A DNA stretch of 52,488 bases from a virus (lineage: Duplodnaviria; Caudoviricetes): the IMG/VR virus record IMGVR_UViG_3300050132_000511, positions 1-52,488 of that record; one strand, given 5' to 3'. Both the position numbers and the translations under genes were made by a program. The notes beneath the pieces were generated by a model. The model was not told the origin of the DNA and made no database searches. It was given only the letters and a program-made list of their open reading frames with translations. Each line of letters starts with the position of its first letter. Position 1 is the first letter of the stretch. Positions 35,297 through 44,797 of the stretch are shown here, in pieces.

Positions 35297-37774
35297 ATGG
35301 CAACGATTGACCGCCGTGGCGTCAGCGTTGACGCCACGGATACTGCTATTGCTGGCAGCCCCAATCCGGGGCTGGCGATCAAGGCGCCGTGCCTGGTCGC
35401 GACGACCGGCAACATCACGCTGTTGGGGTTGCAAGCCGTCGACGGCGTAATGGTCGCGGAGGGTAACCGCGTGCTGGTCTGGCAGCAGGCCGATGCAACC
35501 CTCAACGGTCCCTACAACGCTTCGTCCGGAGATTGGACCCGCACCGTCGACGCCCGCACCAACGATCAGTTTGCCGCCGGGCTGCAGGTGGTGGTGGCTT
35601 CGGGTGCGACCTACGCGCGGCTCGTATTCCAGCTTACCTCGCCGGATCCCGTGACGCTCGGAACGACCGCCGTCAATTTCGGGGTCGCGTCGGTACCGTC
35701 GGTCCGCCGGATCAATACGACCACACCGCTGCAGGGTGGTGGGGATCTCACCGCCGACCGCACACTCTCGATCACACCCAACGGAATCGGCTATGGCCTG
35801 CTCCAGCAGGTCGGTGCCACCAGGATCCTCGGCAATCCGAGTGGCGCGCTGGCGACAGCTTTCGAGATCGGCCTCGGCGCCACGCTGGTCTTCGCGGCCG
35901 GCCTGCTGGCCACAGCCGCCATGACGGGCGATGTCGCCGCGTCGCAGAATTCCTTCGTCACCACGATCCAACCGCATGTGGTCTCCAACAGTAAGTTCCG
36001 CCAGAGCGCGGCGCTGTCGCTAGTCGGCAACGCTTCAAATGCGACCGCCGACGTCGCCGATATCGCCGCGGCTTCCGACAACCAGGTGCTGCGCCGTTCC
36101 GGCACCGCGCTCGGCTTCGGTGCGATCAATCTGGCTTCCACCGCCGCCGTGACCGGCACGCTCGCCTCCGCCAATGGCGGCACCGATAACGCGGCCTATG
36201 CCGTCGGCGACCTGCTGCAGGCTTCGGCCGCCACGCCGACATTGTCGCGGCTGGCGGCGGTCGCCACCGGCAACGCGCTGATTTCCGGCGGCGTTGGCGT
36301 CGTCTCCGCGTGGGGCAAGATCGGCCTCACTACCCACATCGCAGGTACGCTGGCGGCCGCGAACGGCGGCACCGGCGCGACGTCGCTGGGCACCGAATTC
36401 ACCGTCGCGACGAACGTCTTGCACGTTGCCAACAACGGCATCACCTACGGGCTGTTGCAGCAGGTCGCGGCCTCGAGCCTGGTCGGCAATCCGACCGGAT
36501 CGCTCGCTAACGCGCAAGCCATCACGCTGGGGGCGACGCTGGCCTTCTCTGGCTCGGCGCTGCAGACCGCTGCCGGCACCGGCGACATCTCCTGGTCGGC
36601 GAATTCCTTTATCACCGCGATCGGCGCCAACAAAGTCACCTCGGCCCAGTTCCGCCAGAGTGCGGCGCTTTCGGTTGTCGGCGTCACCGGCAACGCGACC
36701 GCCAACGTCGCGGACATCGCCGGCACCGCCAACCAGGTGTTGCGGGTCAATTCCGCCGGTACCGCGCTCGGCTTTGGTTCGATCAATCTGGCATCGACCG
36801 CCGCCGTCACCGGGACATTGCCAAGCGCGAACGGCGGCACCGACAACGCCGCCTACGCGATCGGCGATCTGCTACAGGCTTCCGCAACCACGCCAACGCT
36901 ATCGCGCCTGGCCGCGGTCGCAACCGGCAACGCGCTGATCTCGGGCGGCGTCAATACCGTCTCGAGCTGGGGCAAGGTCGGCCTCACCACGCATATCACG
37001 GGCACGCTGGCGGCGACGAATGGTGGCACCGGCGCCACCTCGCTCGGCAGCGAGCTCACGGTTGCGACGAACGTTCTTCATGTCGCCAACAACGGCATCA
37101 CCTACGGGCTGTTGCAGCAGGTCGCCGCTTCCAGCCTGGTCGGCAACGCCACGGCCGGCCTCGCCAACGCAACTGGCATCACGCTGGGCGCCACGCTCGC
37201 ATTCTCCGCGTCCGCGCTGCAGACCGCAGCACTCACCGGTGACGTCACCGCCTCGGCGAACAGCTTCGCCACCACGGTCTCCAAGATCGCCGGCACCACG
37301 GTCAGCGGCACCACGGGCAGCGGCAACGTCGCGTTCTCGACATCGCCCTCGTTCACCACGCCGTCGCTGGGTGCGGCGACCGCGACGTCCATCAACGGTG
37401 TGACGCTCAGCAACAGCGCGGGCACAGCCTTTTCGCCCACCCTCTCGTCGGGCGCCGGCTCGCTTGCGTCGACCGGCACTACGGCGTCCGTCGCCGCCTC
37501 TTACATCCTGTTCGGAAAACTGTGTTGGGTCCGCTACGACATCACCTGGACGACCAACGGGACCGCCTCCGGCCGTATCATCGTAACGCTTCCTTTCACG
37601 GCCGTCGGCAACGCAGAGCTGTGCGGCCATATCTGGTCCACGGCCGGACAATTGAACGGCATCATCAATTCAGGCCTGAGTCTTGCGAGCGTTTCGATCT
37701 ACTCGCCGTCGGCCACGTATCCCGGCGCCAGCGGCAACGTCTTCACGGTATCCGGCTGGTACGAGATCGCTTAA
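35297..37774 (+). CDS. Tail fibre protein with internal ~218-aa tandem duplication
   Basis: IKAPC..ATT.NITL.GLQ anchor; GTLAAANGGTG repeats; C-terminal LPFTA...VSGWYEI. Confidence 0.85.
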   Translation: MATIDRRGVSVDATDTAIAGSPNPGLAIKAPCLVATTGNITLLGLQAVDGVMVAEGNRVLVWQQADATLNGPYNASSGDWTRTVDARTNDQFAAGLQVVVASGATYARLVFQLTSPDPVTLGTTAVNFGVASVPSVRRINTTTPLQGGGDLTADRTLSITPNGIGYGLLQQVGATRILGNPSGALATAFEIGLGATLVFAAGLLATAAMTGDVAASQNSFVTTIQPHVVSNSKFRQSAALSLVGNASNATADVADIAAASDNQVLRRSGTALGFGAINLASTAAVTGTLASANGGTDNAAYAVGDLLQASAATPTLSRLAAVATGNALISGGVGVVSAWGKIGLTTHIAGTLAAANGGTGATSLGTEFTVATNVLHVANNGITYGLLQQVAASSLVGNPTGSLANAQAITLGATLAFSGSALQTAAGTGDISWSANSFITAIGANKVTSAQFRQSAALSVVGVTGNATANVADIAGTANQVLRVNSAGTALGFGSINLASTAAVTGTLPSANGGTDNAAYAIGDLLQASATTPTLSRLAAVATGNALISGGVNTVSSWGKVGLTTHITGTLAATNGGTGATSLGSELTVATNVLHVANNGITYGLLQQVAASSLVGNATAGLANATGITLGATLAFSASALQTAALTGDVTASANSFATTVSKIAGTTVSGTTGSGNVAFSTSPSFTTPSLGAATATSINGVTLSNSAGTAFSPTLSSGAGSLASTGTTASVAASYILFGKLCWVRYDITWTTNGTASGRIIVTLPFTAVGNAELCGHIWSTAGQLNGIINSGLSLASVSIYSPSATYPGASGNVFTVSGWYEIA
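35780..37290 (+). repeat. About 2.3 copies of a 654-657 bp unit within the tail fibre
   Basis: NGI(G/T)YGLLQQV at 35780, 36434 and 37091. Confidence 0.85.
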
Positions 37775-37840
37775 AGGCCAGCCGCCTGCGCCGGTCCTTC
37801 CTTCGCACAGACCTTCCGCAACCGCCAACGAGGAGAACCC

Positions 37841-38164
37841 ATGATCGATTTCAACACCCAGCTGAAGGATATCGACGGCCAGCCGCTGCTCGACAACATC
37901 ATCGAAGCCGGGCTGCCCAAGCAGGTCCCGGTCACGCTGGCGCGGATCGCCGCCAACGCGCTGCTGCAGAACTATCCGGATGAGGCGAACCTCGCCGGCG
38001 CCGAGAAGGTGAAGCGGTTCGAGCTCGCGATGAAGGTCAGCAGCGCCAAGAAGGCGATCCCGCTGGTCGCCGAGGACATCGCCCTGATCAAGGAGCGGAT
38101 CGCCAAGGCCTATGGGCCGCTGGTGGTCGGCCGCGCCTGGCAGCTGCTCGACGGCGCGAAGTAG
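37841..38164 (+). CDS. Tail-fibre-associated small protein
   Basis: GAGGAG RBS; MIDFNTQLKDIDG...IKERIAKAYGPLVVG. Confidence 0.7.
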   Translation: MIDFNTQLKDIDGQPLLDNIIEAGLPKQVPVTLARIAANALLQNYPDEANLAGAEKVKRFELAMKVSSAKKAIPLVAEDIALIKERIAKAYGPLVVGRAWQLLDGAK

Positions 38165-38175
38165 GGACCAGCACC

Positions 38176-40263
38176 ATGGGCGGCAACGTCTCCCGGCTCG
38201 GGAATATCTTCCCCGACGTCGCCATCAAGGCGCCGTGCCGCGCCGCGACCACGGCCAACATCACGCTATCCGGCTTGCAGACGATCGACGGTGTGGCGCT
38301 GGCCGCCGGCGATCGGGTGTTGGTATGGCAGCAGACCGATCAGACCCTCAACGGCATCTACCAGGTGGTTGATGGCGGCGGATGGATCCGAACGGCCGAC
38401 GCGAGCAAGAATACCGATTTCATTGCCGGAACGCTGGTGACGGTGCTGCATGGCGCCGCCAACGGCAGCCAGTTCTTCGAGCTGACGACGGTAGATTCGC
38501 CCGTCGTGTTTGGCGTCTCGCTGATCACCTGGGCGCCGCTGTTTTCGGTGATGGTGATTCAACCGCAGTTCTCCGGCACCTTCCTCACGTTCCTGGACAG
38601 TCACGGCCATCAGCTGATCGCGCCGGTCAACCTGATCGGTGCCGCGGGGGCCTCCGGCTCCGCGCGCTATTTCATCTCGAAGGCGCAGGCCGCCGGCACC
38701 ACGATCGACGCGGCGGTCCAGTCCGCACATATCGACAACAACGTCGGCGACTTCATCCGCGTCGCCGCCGCCCCGGCGCACCAGGGCAGCTTCCGCTCGC
38801 TGGATCGTTTCATGCCGGACGGCTCGACGGATCCGACCAACGGCGGCTGGTGGGAGGTGTTCGGCCCGGAGGTGCGGCCGCAGGCGTTTGGCGTTGTCAA
38901 CGACGGCGATACCACCGCGACCGACAACACCACCGCGTGGGGCTATCTCGCGGCCTATCTGCAGCTGCTGCAGACGGCGGGCAAGCTGCTCCCAAAGGTC
39001 AGCGTTCCGGCCGGCGTTTATGTCCATGCCGGCACATTCTCCAACTTCGCTTTCAACCATCTGACGATGGTGCCCGACGGCGAGGTGACCCTGCGCTACA
39101 CCGGCACCGGTGCCGACGCCGTGTGGCTGAACGGCACCGCGATGACCGTCGCCGGCTGGAACGGCTGCTGGGATCTGACGTGGGGCAATTTCCGGATCGA
39201 GGCAACGGCGTCGGCGCTGTGTGGCCTGCGGGTCAGCCTGGTGCATCATTCCAGGGTGTGGGCCTATCCGAAGGGGGCCGGGCCGGCGTCGGCCGGCGCC
39301 ACGTTCGAGGGTTGCGTCTGCACCGAGATCCATCCGACCATCAGCGGCAACGAGGTCGGCGACTGGTACCTGGGCGCGAAGCCGCTGCAGGGCCTGCTGC
39401 TCGACCGCACCACCGGCAACAACTTCACCGCCTATTGCACCATCGTCAACCCGGTGTGCGAGAACACCAGCTACGGCATCTATTTCTTTCACGCCATCGG
39501 CAACACGGTCCTGGGCGGCACGGCGGAAGGCTGCACCCACACCGGGCTGTTCTTCGACGACGCCTCGCTCGAGAACAAGGCAATCGGCACCGACACCGAG
39601 ACCAACACGGTGCAGGACGTCTTCCTCAGCGGTACCCGAAACCGCCTGCTGGAGTGCGATACCGACAAGCTGATCACGATCGGCGCCAACGCCGTCCATG
39701 CCAAGGTGCGGGGCGGCGCGCACGGCGCGATCGTCATCAATGCCGGATCGGTGCGGGCGGATATCTCCGACCTCGACATCAACCGGATCAATGACGGCAG
39801 CGGCTTCAGCGATAACGGCACCGGGACCCGCCTGCGCAACATCGTCGACGCCGGATCCGGCGCCCTCGTGGTCGACAGCGCCACCACGCCGGTCGGCTGG
39901 GTTCCCGTGCTGGCTTTCGGCGGCGCGTCGACCGGCATCTCCTATTCGTCGCAGAGCGGCACGCTCTACAACGACGGCAAGCTGGCCAAGGCCTTCTTCG
40001 ACATCGTGCTGACGTCGAAGGGATCGGCCGCGGGGGCGGCGACGATCGCGGGACTGCCGATCGGCGCGATCGTCAATGGCTCCTTTGCCGTCGGTTACGC
40101 CGAGCACCTGACCATCACCGGCGCGATCTCGGGACTGCTGCCGGTGGGCACCGGGGTGCTTTCGCTGATGCAGTCGAATGGCTCCGGTTCGACGCCGCTG
40201 CTCGACAGCAACTTCAGCAACACCACGCGGATCACCGGCGTGATCGAATTCTCGGTTAGCTGA
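38176..40263 (+). CDS. Second receptor-binding protein, beta-helix tailspike (putative depolymerase)
   Basis: Same N-terminal anchor as 35297; PQAFGVVNDG...DNTTAW...VPAGVY pectate-lyase-like start. Confidence 0.8.
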   Translation: MGGNVSRLGNIFPDVAIKAPCRAATTANITLSGLQTIDGVALAAGDRVLVWQQTDQTLNGIYQVVDGGGWIRTADASKNTDFIAGTLVTVLHGAANGSQFFELTTVDSPVVFGVSLITWAPLFSVMVIQPQFSGTFLTFLDSHGHQLIAPVNLIGAAGASGSARYFISKAQAAGTTIDAAVQSAHIDNNVGDFIRVAAAPAHQGSFRSLDRFMPDGSTDPTNGGWWEVFGPEVRPQAFGVVNDGDTTATDNTTAWGYLAAYLQLLQTAGKLLPKVSVPAGVYVHAGTFSNFAFNHLTMVPDGEVTLRYTGTGADAVWLNGTAMTVAGWNGCWDLTWGNFRIEATASALCGLRVSLVHHSRVWAYPKGAGPASAGATFEGCVCTEIHPTISGNEVGDWYLGAKPLQGLLLDRTTGNNFTAYCTIVNPVCENTSYGIYFFHAIGNTVLGGTAEGCTHTGLFFDDASLENKAIGTDTETNTVQDVFLSGTRNRLLECDTDKLITIGANAVHAKVRGGAHGAIVINAGSVRADISDLDINRINDGSGFSDNGTGTRLRNIVDAGSGALVVDSATTPVGWVPVLAFGGASTGISYSSQSGTLYNDGKLAKAFFDIVLTSKGSAAGAATIAGLPIGAIVNGSFAVGYAEHLTITGAISGLLPVGTGVLSLMQSNGSGSTPLLDSNFSNTTRITGVIEFSVS

Positions 40264-42196
40264 CTGGTTCGCGCCTGCCTGCGAACAGCAGCGGCACCGT
40301 TAGAAGTGCTAGCACCACCACCGAGTACTGGTAGCGGTAATCGGGCGCGCCAATCAGCAATGCCAGCGAGGCGGTATTGAGCCAGCTCGGCAACGCGAGA
40401 AGGCAAAGATCGAGCCGGCGCGCCGACGCCGAGAGGAAGATCACCACGCCGGAAAGTAGCAGCAGCGCCCATGCCGGGCGCCAGAACAGCGCGATCCAGC
40501 CGTCGCCCGAACTCCATTCGCGGATGTCCTGGATAGGCGCGACGAGGCCCGGGGCCAGCGAAGATCGCGGGAAGGCGACGTGCTCGAAGTGAGGCAAAGG
40601 CTGGCTTTCGAGTATCGGCAGCACCAATAGTTTAGGTCCGATCGGCAGGATCTTCCAAAGCATGTTGGTCACACAGATCTGGTGCTTGAGCCAGATCGAC
40701 GGCCCGGTCTTGATCAGCCCGAGGGCGATCCTGTTCACCCTTACATAGTCGGCGGCGAGCTTGAGCCGGTCGGTATAATCGTAGAAGAACAGCGCGCCGA
40801 CATGCTGGCAATCGTAGGCGGATTTCCATCGATCGAGCGGCATGACCGTTTCGAGAAAGGCGAGATCGTCGTGCGCCGGCACCACGCCGGCGGAGATGTA
40901 GGCGCCGATGATGTGGACGGCGTTGATGGTGCGGTAGGCGGGATGCAGCTGCATCGACGGGTAGATCGCCATCAGGACACGAAGGCCGGCCACGACGATC
41001 GCGCAGGCGACCGTCAGCGTCGCGGCCCGGCGCCATGCGGTCTTGCGATAGATGATCGCCACGAGCAACGGGAAGATGACGGCGGCCGGCAACGCGTTCT
41101 GGCGCGAGAGGGAAAAGCCAAGTATCGCGGCGCCGATGCCGATGGTGAAGGCCGGTGACCTCAGCGCCCGGCCTTCGGTACGAACCAGGACCAGCGTCAG
41201 CCAAAACAGATAGACGGCGCAAGCCGCGAAAAACACATCCTTCCAGAGAATGACCGCCATCATGAAGTTTGCCGGAAACAGCGGGAGCAGCACCGCGGCC
41301 ACCATCAGGACGGACAGCGGCACGCGCCAGTTCCTGAGTTCAGCCAGCGCAAGCCCGGAGCCGGTCGCGAGCGCGAAGGCCTGGATGGCGACCGGAATCG
41401 CCGGGGTGAAATAAAATCGCGTGGTGGCCCAGACGAAAGCGGAATGAAGCACGGTGTAGGTATCGGGAAAATACCCGAGGTTCACCTCGTTCAATTCGGC
41501 CATCGAATCGGGCGACAGCACGCCTGGCCAGAAAGCCAGAAGCGCCGATCCGTAGATCAGCAGGCTGGGCGCGGCTAGCAGGGGCCAGCTGGAAGTAAAG
41601 ACGGTCGCCCGATCGCTGGGCGTGATCTGTGTGCCGACTCGGTGGATCCAGATCCGGAGCAGAAACACAACGCAGAAAAGGCCGCCGAACACCACCGAGA
41701 AAGATGACCACTGCAGGTTCCCGCTGGTCCAGCCGCCGTCGAGCAGCTCGCGCAGAGGGACGATCCGTTCGCCCTCCTTGTCGGGACCATAGAGGTCGTA
41801 TTCGGACGTCCGTCCGTCGATCGTCAACTGCACGATGCCGGAGCTGAAGTGGCTGGCGAATTTGATGCGCGAACCCGGGCCAAGCTGGCCCTTCCAGGCC
41901 AGCAGTGCCGGCTGGCGCTGATAGGTGAGCACCATCCCGCCCTGGCGCTCCCATCCGCCAGGTGCCTCGGCCGCCTCCATCAAAGCGCGGGCGTCCTCGT
42001 CGTCGCCGAACGCCGAGATCCACACCTCGCTTGCGAGCGCCTTCGGATTTTTTTTCCCGGTCGCCAGAATTTCGACTGTGTGGTCGTTGCTGAATGTATC
42101 CAGCGGCAGGCAGCAAAGAATGATGATGGTCGCCAGGAGCGACTGCAGCGCCAGGACGGCCGCGCGCGGGCGACTAGTTTTTCGCAAGCTATTCAT
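40256..42196 (-). CDS. Polytopic membrane protein, GT-C/GtrII-like glycosyltransferase
   Basis: Many TM segments; WPGVLSPDS, LWKDVFF, LSRQNA, PDYRYQY motifs. Confidence 0.7.
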   Translation of the reverse strand: MNSLRKTSRPRAAVLALQSLLATIIILCCLPLDTFSNDHTVEILATGKKNPKALASEVWISAFGDDEDARALMEAAEAPGGWERQGGMVLTYQRQPALLAWKGQLGPGSRIKFASHFSSGIVQLTIDGRTSEYDLYGPDKEGERIVPLRELLDGGWTSGNLQWSSFSVVFGGLFCVVFLLRIWIHRVGTQITPSDRATVFTSSWPLLAAPSLLIYGSALLAFWPGVLSPDSMAELNEVNLGYFPDTYTVLHSAFVWATTRFYFTPAIPVAIQAFALATGSGLALAELRNWRVPLSVLMVAAVLLPLFPANFMMAVILWKDVFFAACAVYLFWLTLVLVRTEGRALRSPAFTIGIGAAILGFSLSRQNALPAAVIFPLLVAIIYRKTAWRRAATLTVACAIVVAGLRVLMAIYPSMQLHPAYRTINAVHIIGAYISAGVVPAHDDLAFLETVMPLDRWKSAYDCQHVGALFFYDYTDRLKLAADYVRVNRIALGLIKTGPSIWLKHQICVTNMLWKILPIGPKLLVLPILESQPLPHFEHVAFPRSSLAPGLVAPIQDIREWSSGDGWIALFWRPAWALLLLSGVVIFLSASARRLDLCLLALPSWLNTASLALLIGAPDYRYQYSVVVLALLTVPLLFAGRREPVS

Positions 42197-43163
42197 CCGA
42201 CCTCGGACCGGCCTTGTCGAGCAGCGGGTGCAGGGCGTCGCGGGGCACCATATTGACGTCGTAGTTGATGAAAGCGAGCAGCAGCTGGAACCCGGCCAGC
42301 AGCATGATCGCCGACAGCACGATGCTTCCGGTCGGCGCGAGGGTGTCGGCTTCGTAGGCGTGTATCCACGCGACGGCGCCGTAGATCGCGCCGGCTATAA
42401 ACAGCAGGATGCCGAAAACCAGCTCGAGCGAGGCAACGGAGAAGTCTCGAAAAAAATAATTGTAGAAAACCCGCCTCAGAATGTTGTGGGCGTGCCCCCG
42501 CAGAAATGGAAAAAAGACGCGGGTAATCTTCAAGTTGCTGGTCTCGTCGCCGTAGACGGCCTGGATGGGATAGTCGGCGACCTTGGCCCGGTTCAGGCCG
42601 AGGTGGAACAAGAGATCGCTCTCGAAGAAAAACCGCTGGCTGATGCCCTTCGGGTTGAGCAGCCGCGCGATCCGCGCCTCGATCGCGAAAAAGCCGTTGG
42701 TTGGGTCCATGATGTTCCAGTAGCCGCTGGACGCCTTGGTGAGGAACGACAGGCAGAGATTGCCGACCCTGCGCGCGATCGGCATCGAGCGAGAGCTCGA
42801 AGGGAAATAAAACCGGTTGCCCTTCACGAAGTCGGCGCGGCCCGCCAGAATTGGCTTGATCAGATGCGGGATCAGGCTGGTGTCCATCTGCCCGTCGGCA
42901 TCGACCTTGACGATGATATCGGCGCCGAGCCGCAGCGCCTCGTCCATGCCGGCGAGGAAAGCGCCGCCGACGCCGCGATTTTCGGGCAACTTGAGCAGCG
43001 TCACGCTGTTGTCGGAACCGTGCGTCACCTGCAGCGCAGCCGCGGTACCGCAGGGGCAGGCGTCGTCCACGACGATGATCGCATCGACCTGCGCCTTGAG
43101 CCGGCCCACGACTGAGGAGATGGTGTCCGCAGCGCGATACGCTGGAATTACAACGGCAATCAT
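42189..43163 (-). CDS. GT2 glycosyltransferase (polyprenol-phosphate sugar synthase, GtrB/Dpm1-like)
   Basis: VVIPAY, VVDDAC, NRGVGGA, VDADGQ, DPTNGF; two C-terminal TMs. Confidence 0.9.
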   Translation of the reverse strand: MIAVVIPAYRAADTISSVVGRLKAQVDAIIVVDDACPCGTAAALQVTHGSDNSVTLLKLPENRGVGGAFLAGMDEALRLGADIIVKVDADGQMDTSLIPHLIKPILAGRADFVKGNRFYFPSSSRSMPIARRVGNLCLSFLTKASSGYWNIMDPTNGFFAIEARIARLLNPKGISQRFFFESDLLFHLGLNRAKVADYPIQAVYGDETSNLKITRVFFPFLRGHAHNILRRVFYNYFFRDFSVASLELVFGILLFIAGAIYGAVAWIHAYEADTLAPTGSIVLSAIMLLAGFQLLLAFINYDVNMVPRDALHPLLDKAGPRSDE

Positions 43164-43237
43164 GGTTATTGTTTTCCGGACCAAACGATGCCTAACTGAC
43201 GGGCAACCGTCAGTAAAGCCCTAGATTCGGAGCAACC

Positions 43238-43930
43238 GTGAGTAACGACGTGAATTCGGTGGACGGTCAGGATCTCTGGGCCGATGGGCAGGCGCAGCTC
43301 TACGAAAGCGAGAATTACGGTCCCGGTCTCGCCGGCTATGTGCTGCGAACCAGCCAGGACCTTGTCGAGCGGCCGTTCGGCAGCGACACCGTGTTTCCAA
43401 AGGTGCTGGAGGTCGGAGCGGGATCCGGCGTTCATCTCGACTTTGTCCGGCATTCCTATCAGGAATACGTTCTCAGCGATTCCAGCGACGCGATGCTGGC
43501 ACAGCTCGCGCCGCGCGCGGCCGGCAACGGCGCGATCAGAATCGCAAAACAGAGTGCTGCGGCGCTGACCTATCCCGACGCATCGTTCGACCGGCTGATT
43601 GCCGCGCACGTGCTCGAGCACATCGTCCATCCGGAGTTGATCGTCGCCGAGTGGGCGCGGGTGGTGAAGCCGGGCGGCGTGCTCTCGATCGTGCTGCCCT
43701 GCGATCCCGGTCTGGCCTGGCGAATGGGGCGCTATCTGGGGCCGCGGCGCCGGGCATTGAAGCGCGGGCTCGACTACGACTACGTCATGGCGATGGAGCA
43801 TGTGAACTCGATCACCAATCTGACCGCGATTATCGGGCATTTCTTCCCGAAGCGGACCGAATATTGGTGGCCGCTTCGCCTGCCGTCGACCGACCTCAAT
43901 CTGATCTACGCCGTCAATATCCAGGTCTGA
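43238..43930 (+). CDS. Class I SAM-dependent methyltransferase
   Basis: VLEVGAGSG, YPDASFD, HVLEH, VVKPGG. Confidence 0.9.
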   Translation: MSNDVNSVDGQDLWADGQAQLYESENYGPGLAGYVLRTSQDLVERPFGSDTVFPKVLEVGAGSGVHLDFVRHSYQEYVLSDSSDAMLAQLAPRAAGNGAIRIAKQSAAALTYPDASFDRLIAAHVLEHIVHPELIVAEWARVVKPGGVLSIVLPCDPGLAWRMGRYLGPRRRALKRGLDYDYVMAMEHVNSITNLTAIIGHFFPKRTEYWWPLRLPSTDLNLIYAVNIQV

Positions 43931-43939
43931 GCGAGCGCC

Positions 43940-44371
43940 ATGTCCAAAAGTACGGTTTTAAGACGCACAGGTTTGACGCTCGGCGGCCTGGCGTTCGTGC
44001 TGATCTGCTTTTTCGGCACGCTCTTCGTGCTGAACCGCTACGACGCTGCGCAGCGCGACGAGCAGCGCGCCGCGCACGCCAGGCTTCTCAAGACGGCGCT
44101 GGAAAAGTACCACGCCACGCGGAACGCCTATCCGTTGTTCGACAATAACCAGGTCGACGATCTGAAGGCAGCGCTTGTCGGCGGTGGTTATCTCAGTGCC
44201 ATTCCCGCCGATCCGTTGCGGTCGGCCGGGGGGGCTCAATACCGCTACGCCTCGAACGGCTCGAACGTCTATGGGCTGCTGATCACGCTGGAGCGCAGCG
44301 GACCATGCATCACGGGCGTCGGTACCGCCGGCACCGGCATGTGGCAGCAGCCGCCGGACTGCCCCTTCTAA
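43940..44371 (+). CDS. Membrane-anchored pseudopilin (GspG)-like protein
   Basis: N-terminal TM; LKTALEKYH...YP...GYLSAIPADP...YRY. Confidence 0.55.
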   Translation: MSKSTVLRRTGLTLGGLAFVLICFFGTLFVLNRYDAAQRDEQRAAHARLLKTALEKYHATRNAYPLFDNNQVDDLKAALVGGGYLSAIPADPLRSAGGAQYRYASNGSNVYGLLITLERSGPCITGVGTAGTGMWQQPPDCPF

Positions 44372-44476
44372 AGCACCAAGCGATCATCTCCCACTGAGCC
44401 CCGACGTCGGCCATCGGCTGGCGCGGCGCTTTGCGCTGTCTCAAGACCACCCCGCAAACTCTGAAAGGGATCCACC

Positions 44477-44797
44477 ATGGACATCTTCTCGATCGCCGCC
44501 GGCGCCGCCGGCGTCGGCGTTGTCTATTTCCTCTATCTCGCCGGCACCAAGGGCCTGCCGGCCGCGCTCGCCTGGGCCAAAGCGAAGTGGAACGCCGGCA
44601 AGGCCGACTTCGCAGCACTGCAGGGCGACGTGCAGGGCCTCAGCGGCAAGGTGACCGCGCTCGAGACCGGCGCGATCGCCGAGCTGAAAGGCACGGTGGC
44701 GGCCGTGCAGGCTGATGTCGCGAAGCTGAAGGCCGCGGCGCCGCCCGCCTTCCTTGGCGCCAGCCAGGCGCCGGCACTCGCGCCGGCTAACGGCTGA
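44477..44797 (+). CDS. TM + coiled-coil protein at the head of the lysis cassette
   Basis: AAGGGA RBS; TGATG coupled to the lysozyme. Confidence 0.65.
   Translation: MDIFSIAAGAAGVGVVYFLYLAGTKGLPAALAWAKAKWNAGKADFAALQGDVQGLSGKVTALETGAIAELKGTVAAVQADVAKLKAAAPPAFLGASQAPALAPANG

Noticed and set aside
35297-40263. Diversity-generating retroelement, given the BPP-1-like virion genes and repeats in the tail fibre
   Set aside because: No reverse transcriptase ORF recognised; the repeats are in-frame tandem units not limited to adenine differences
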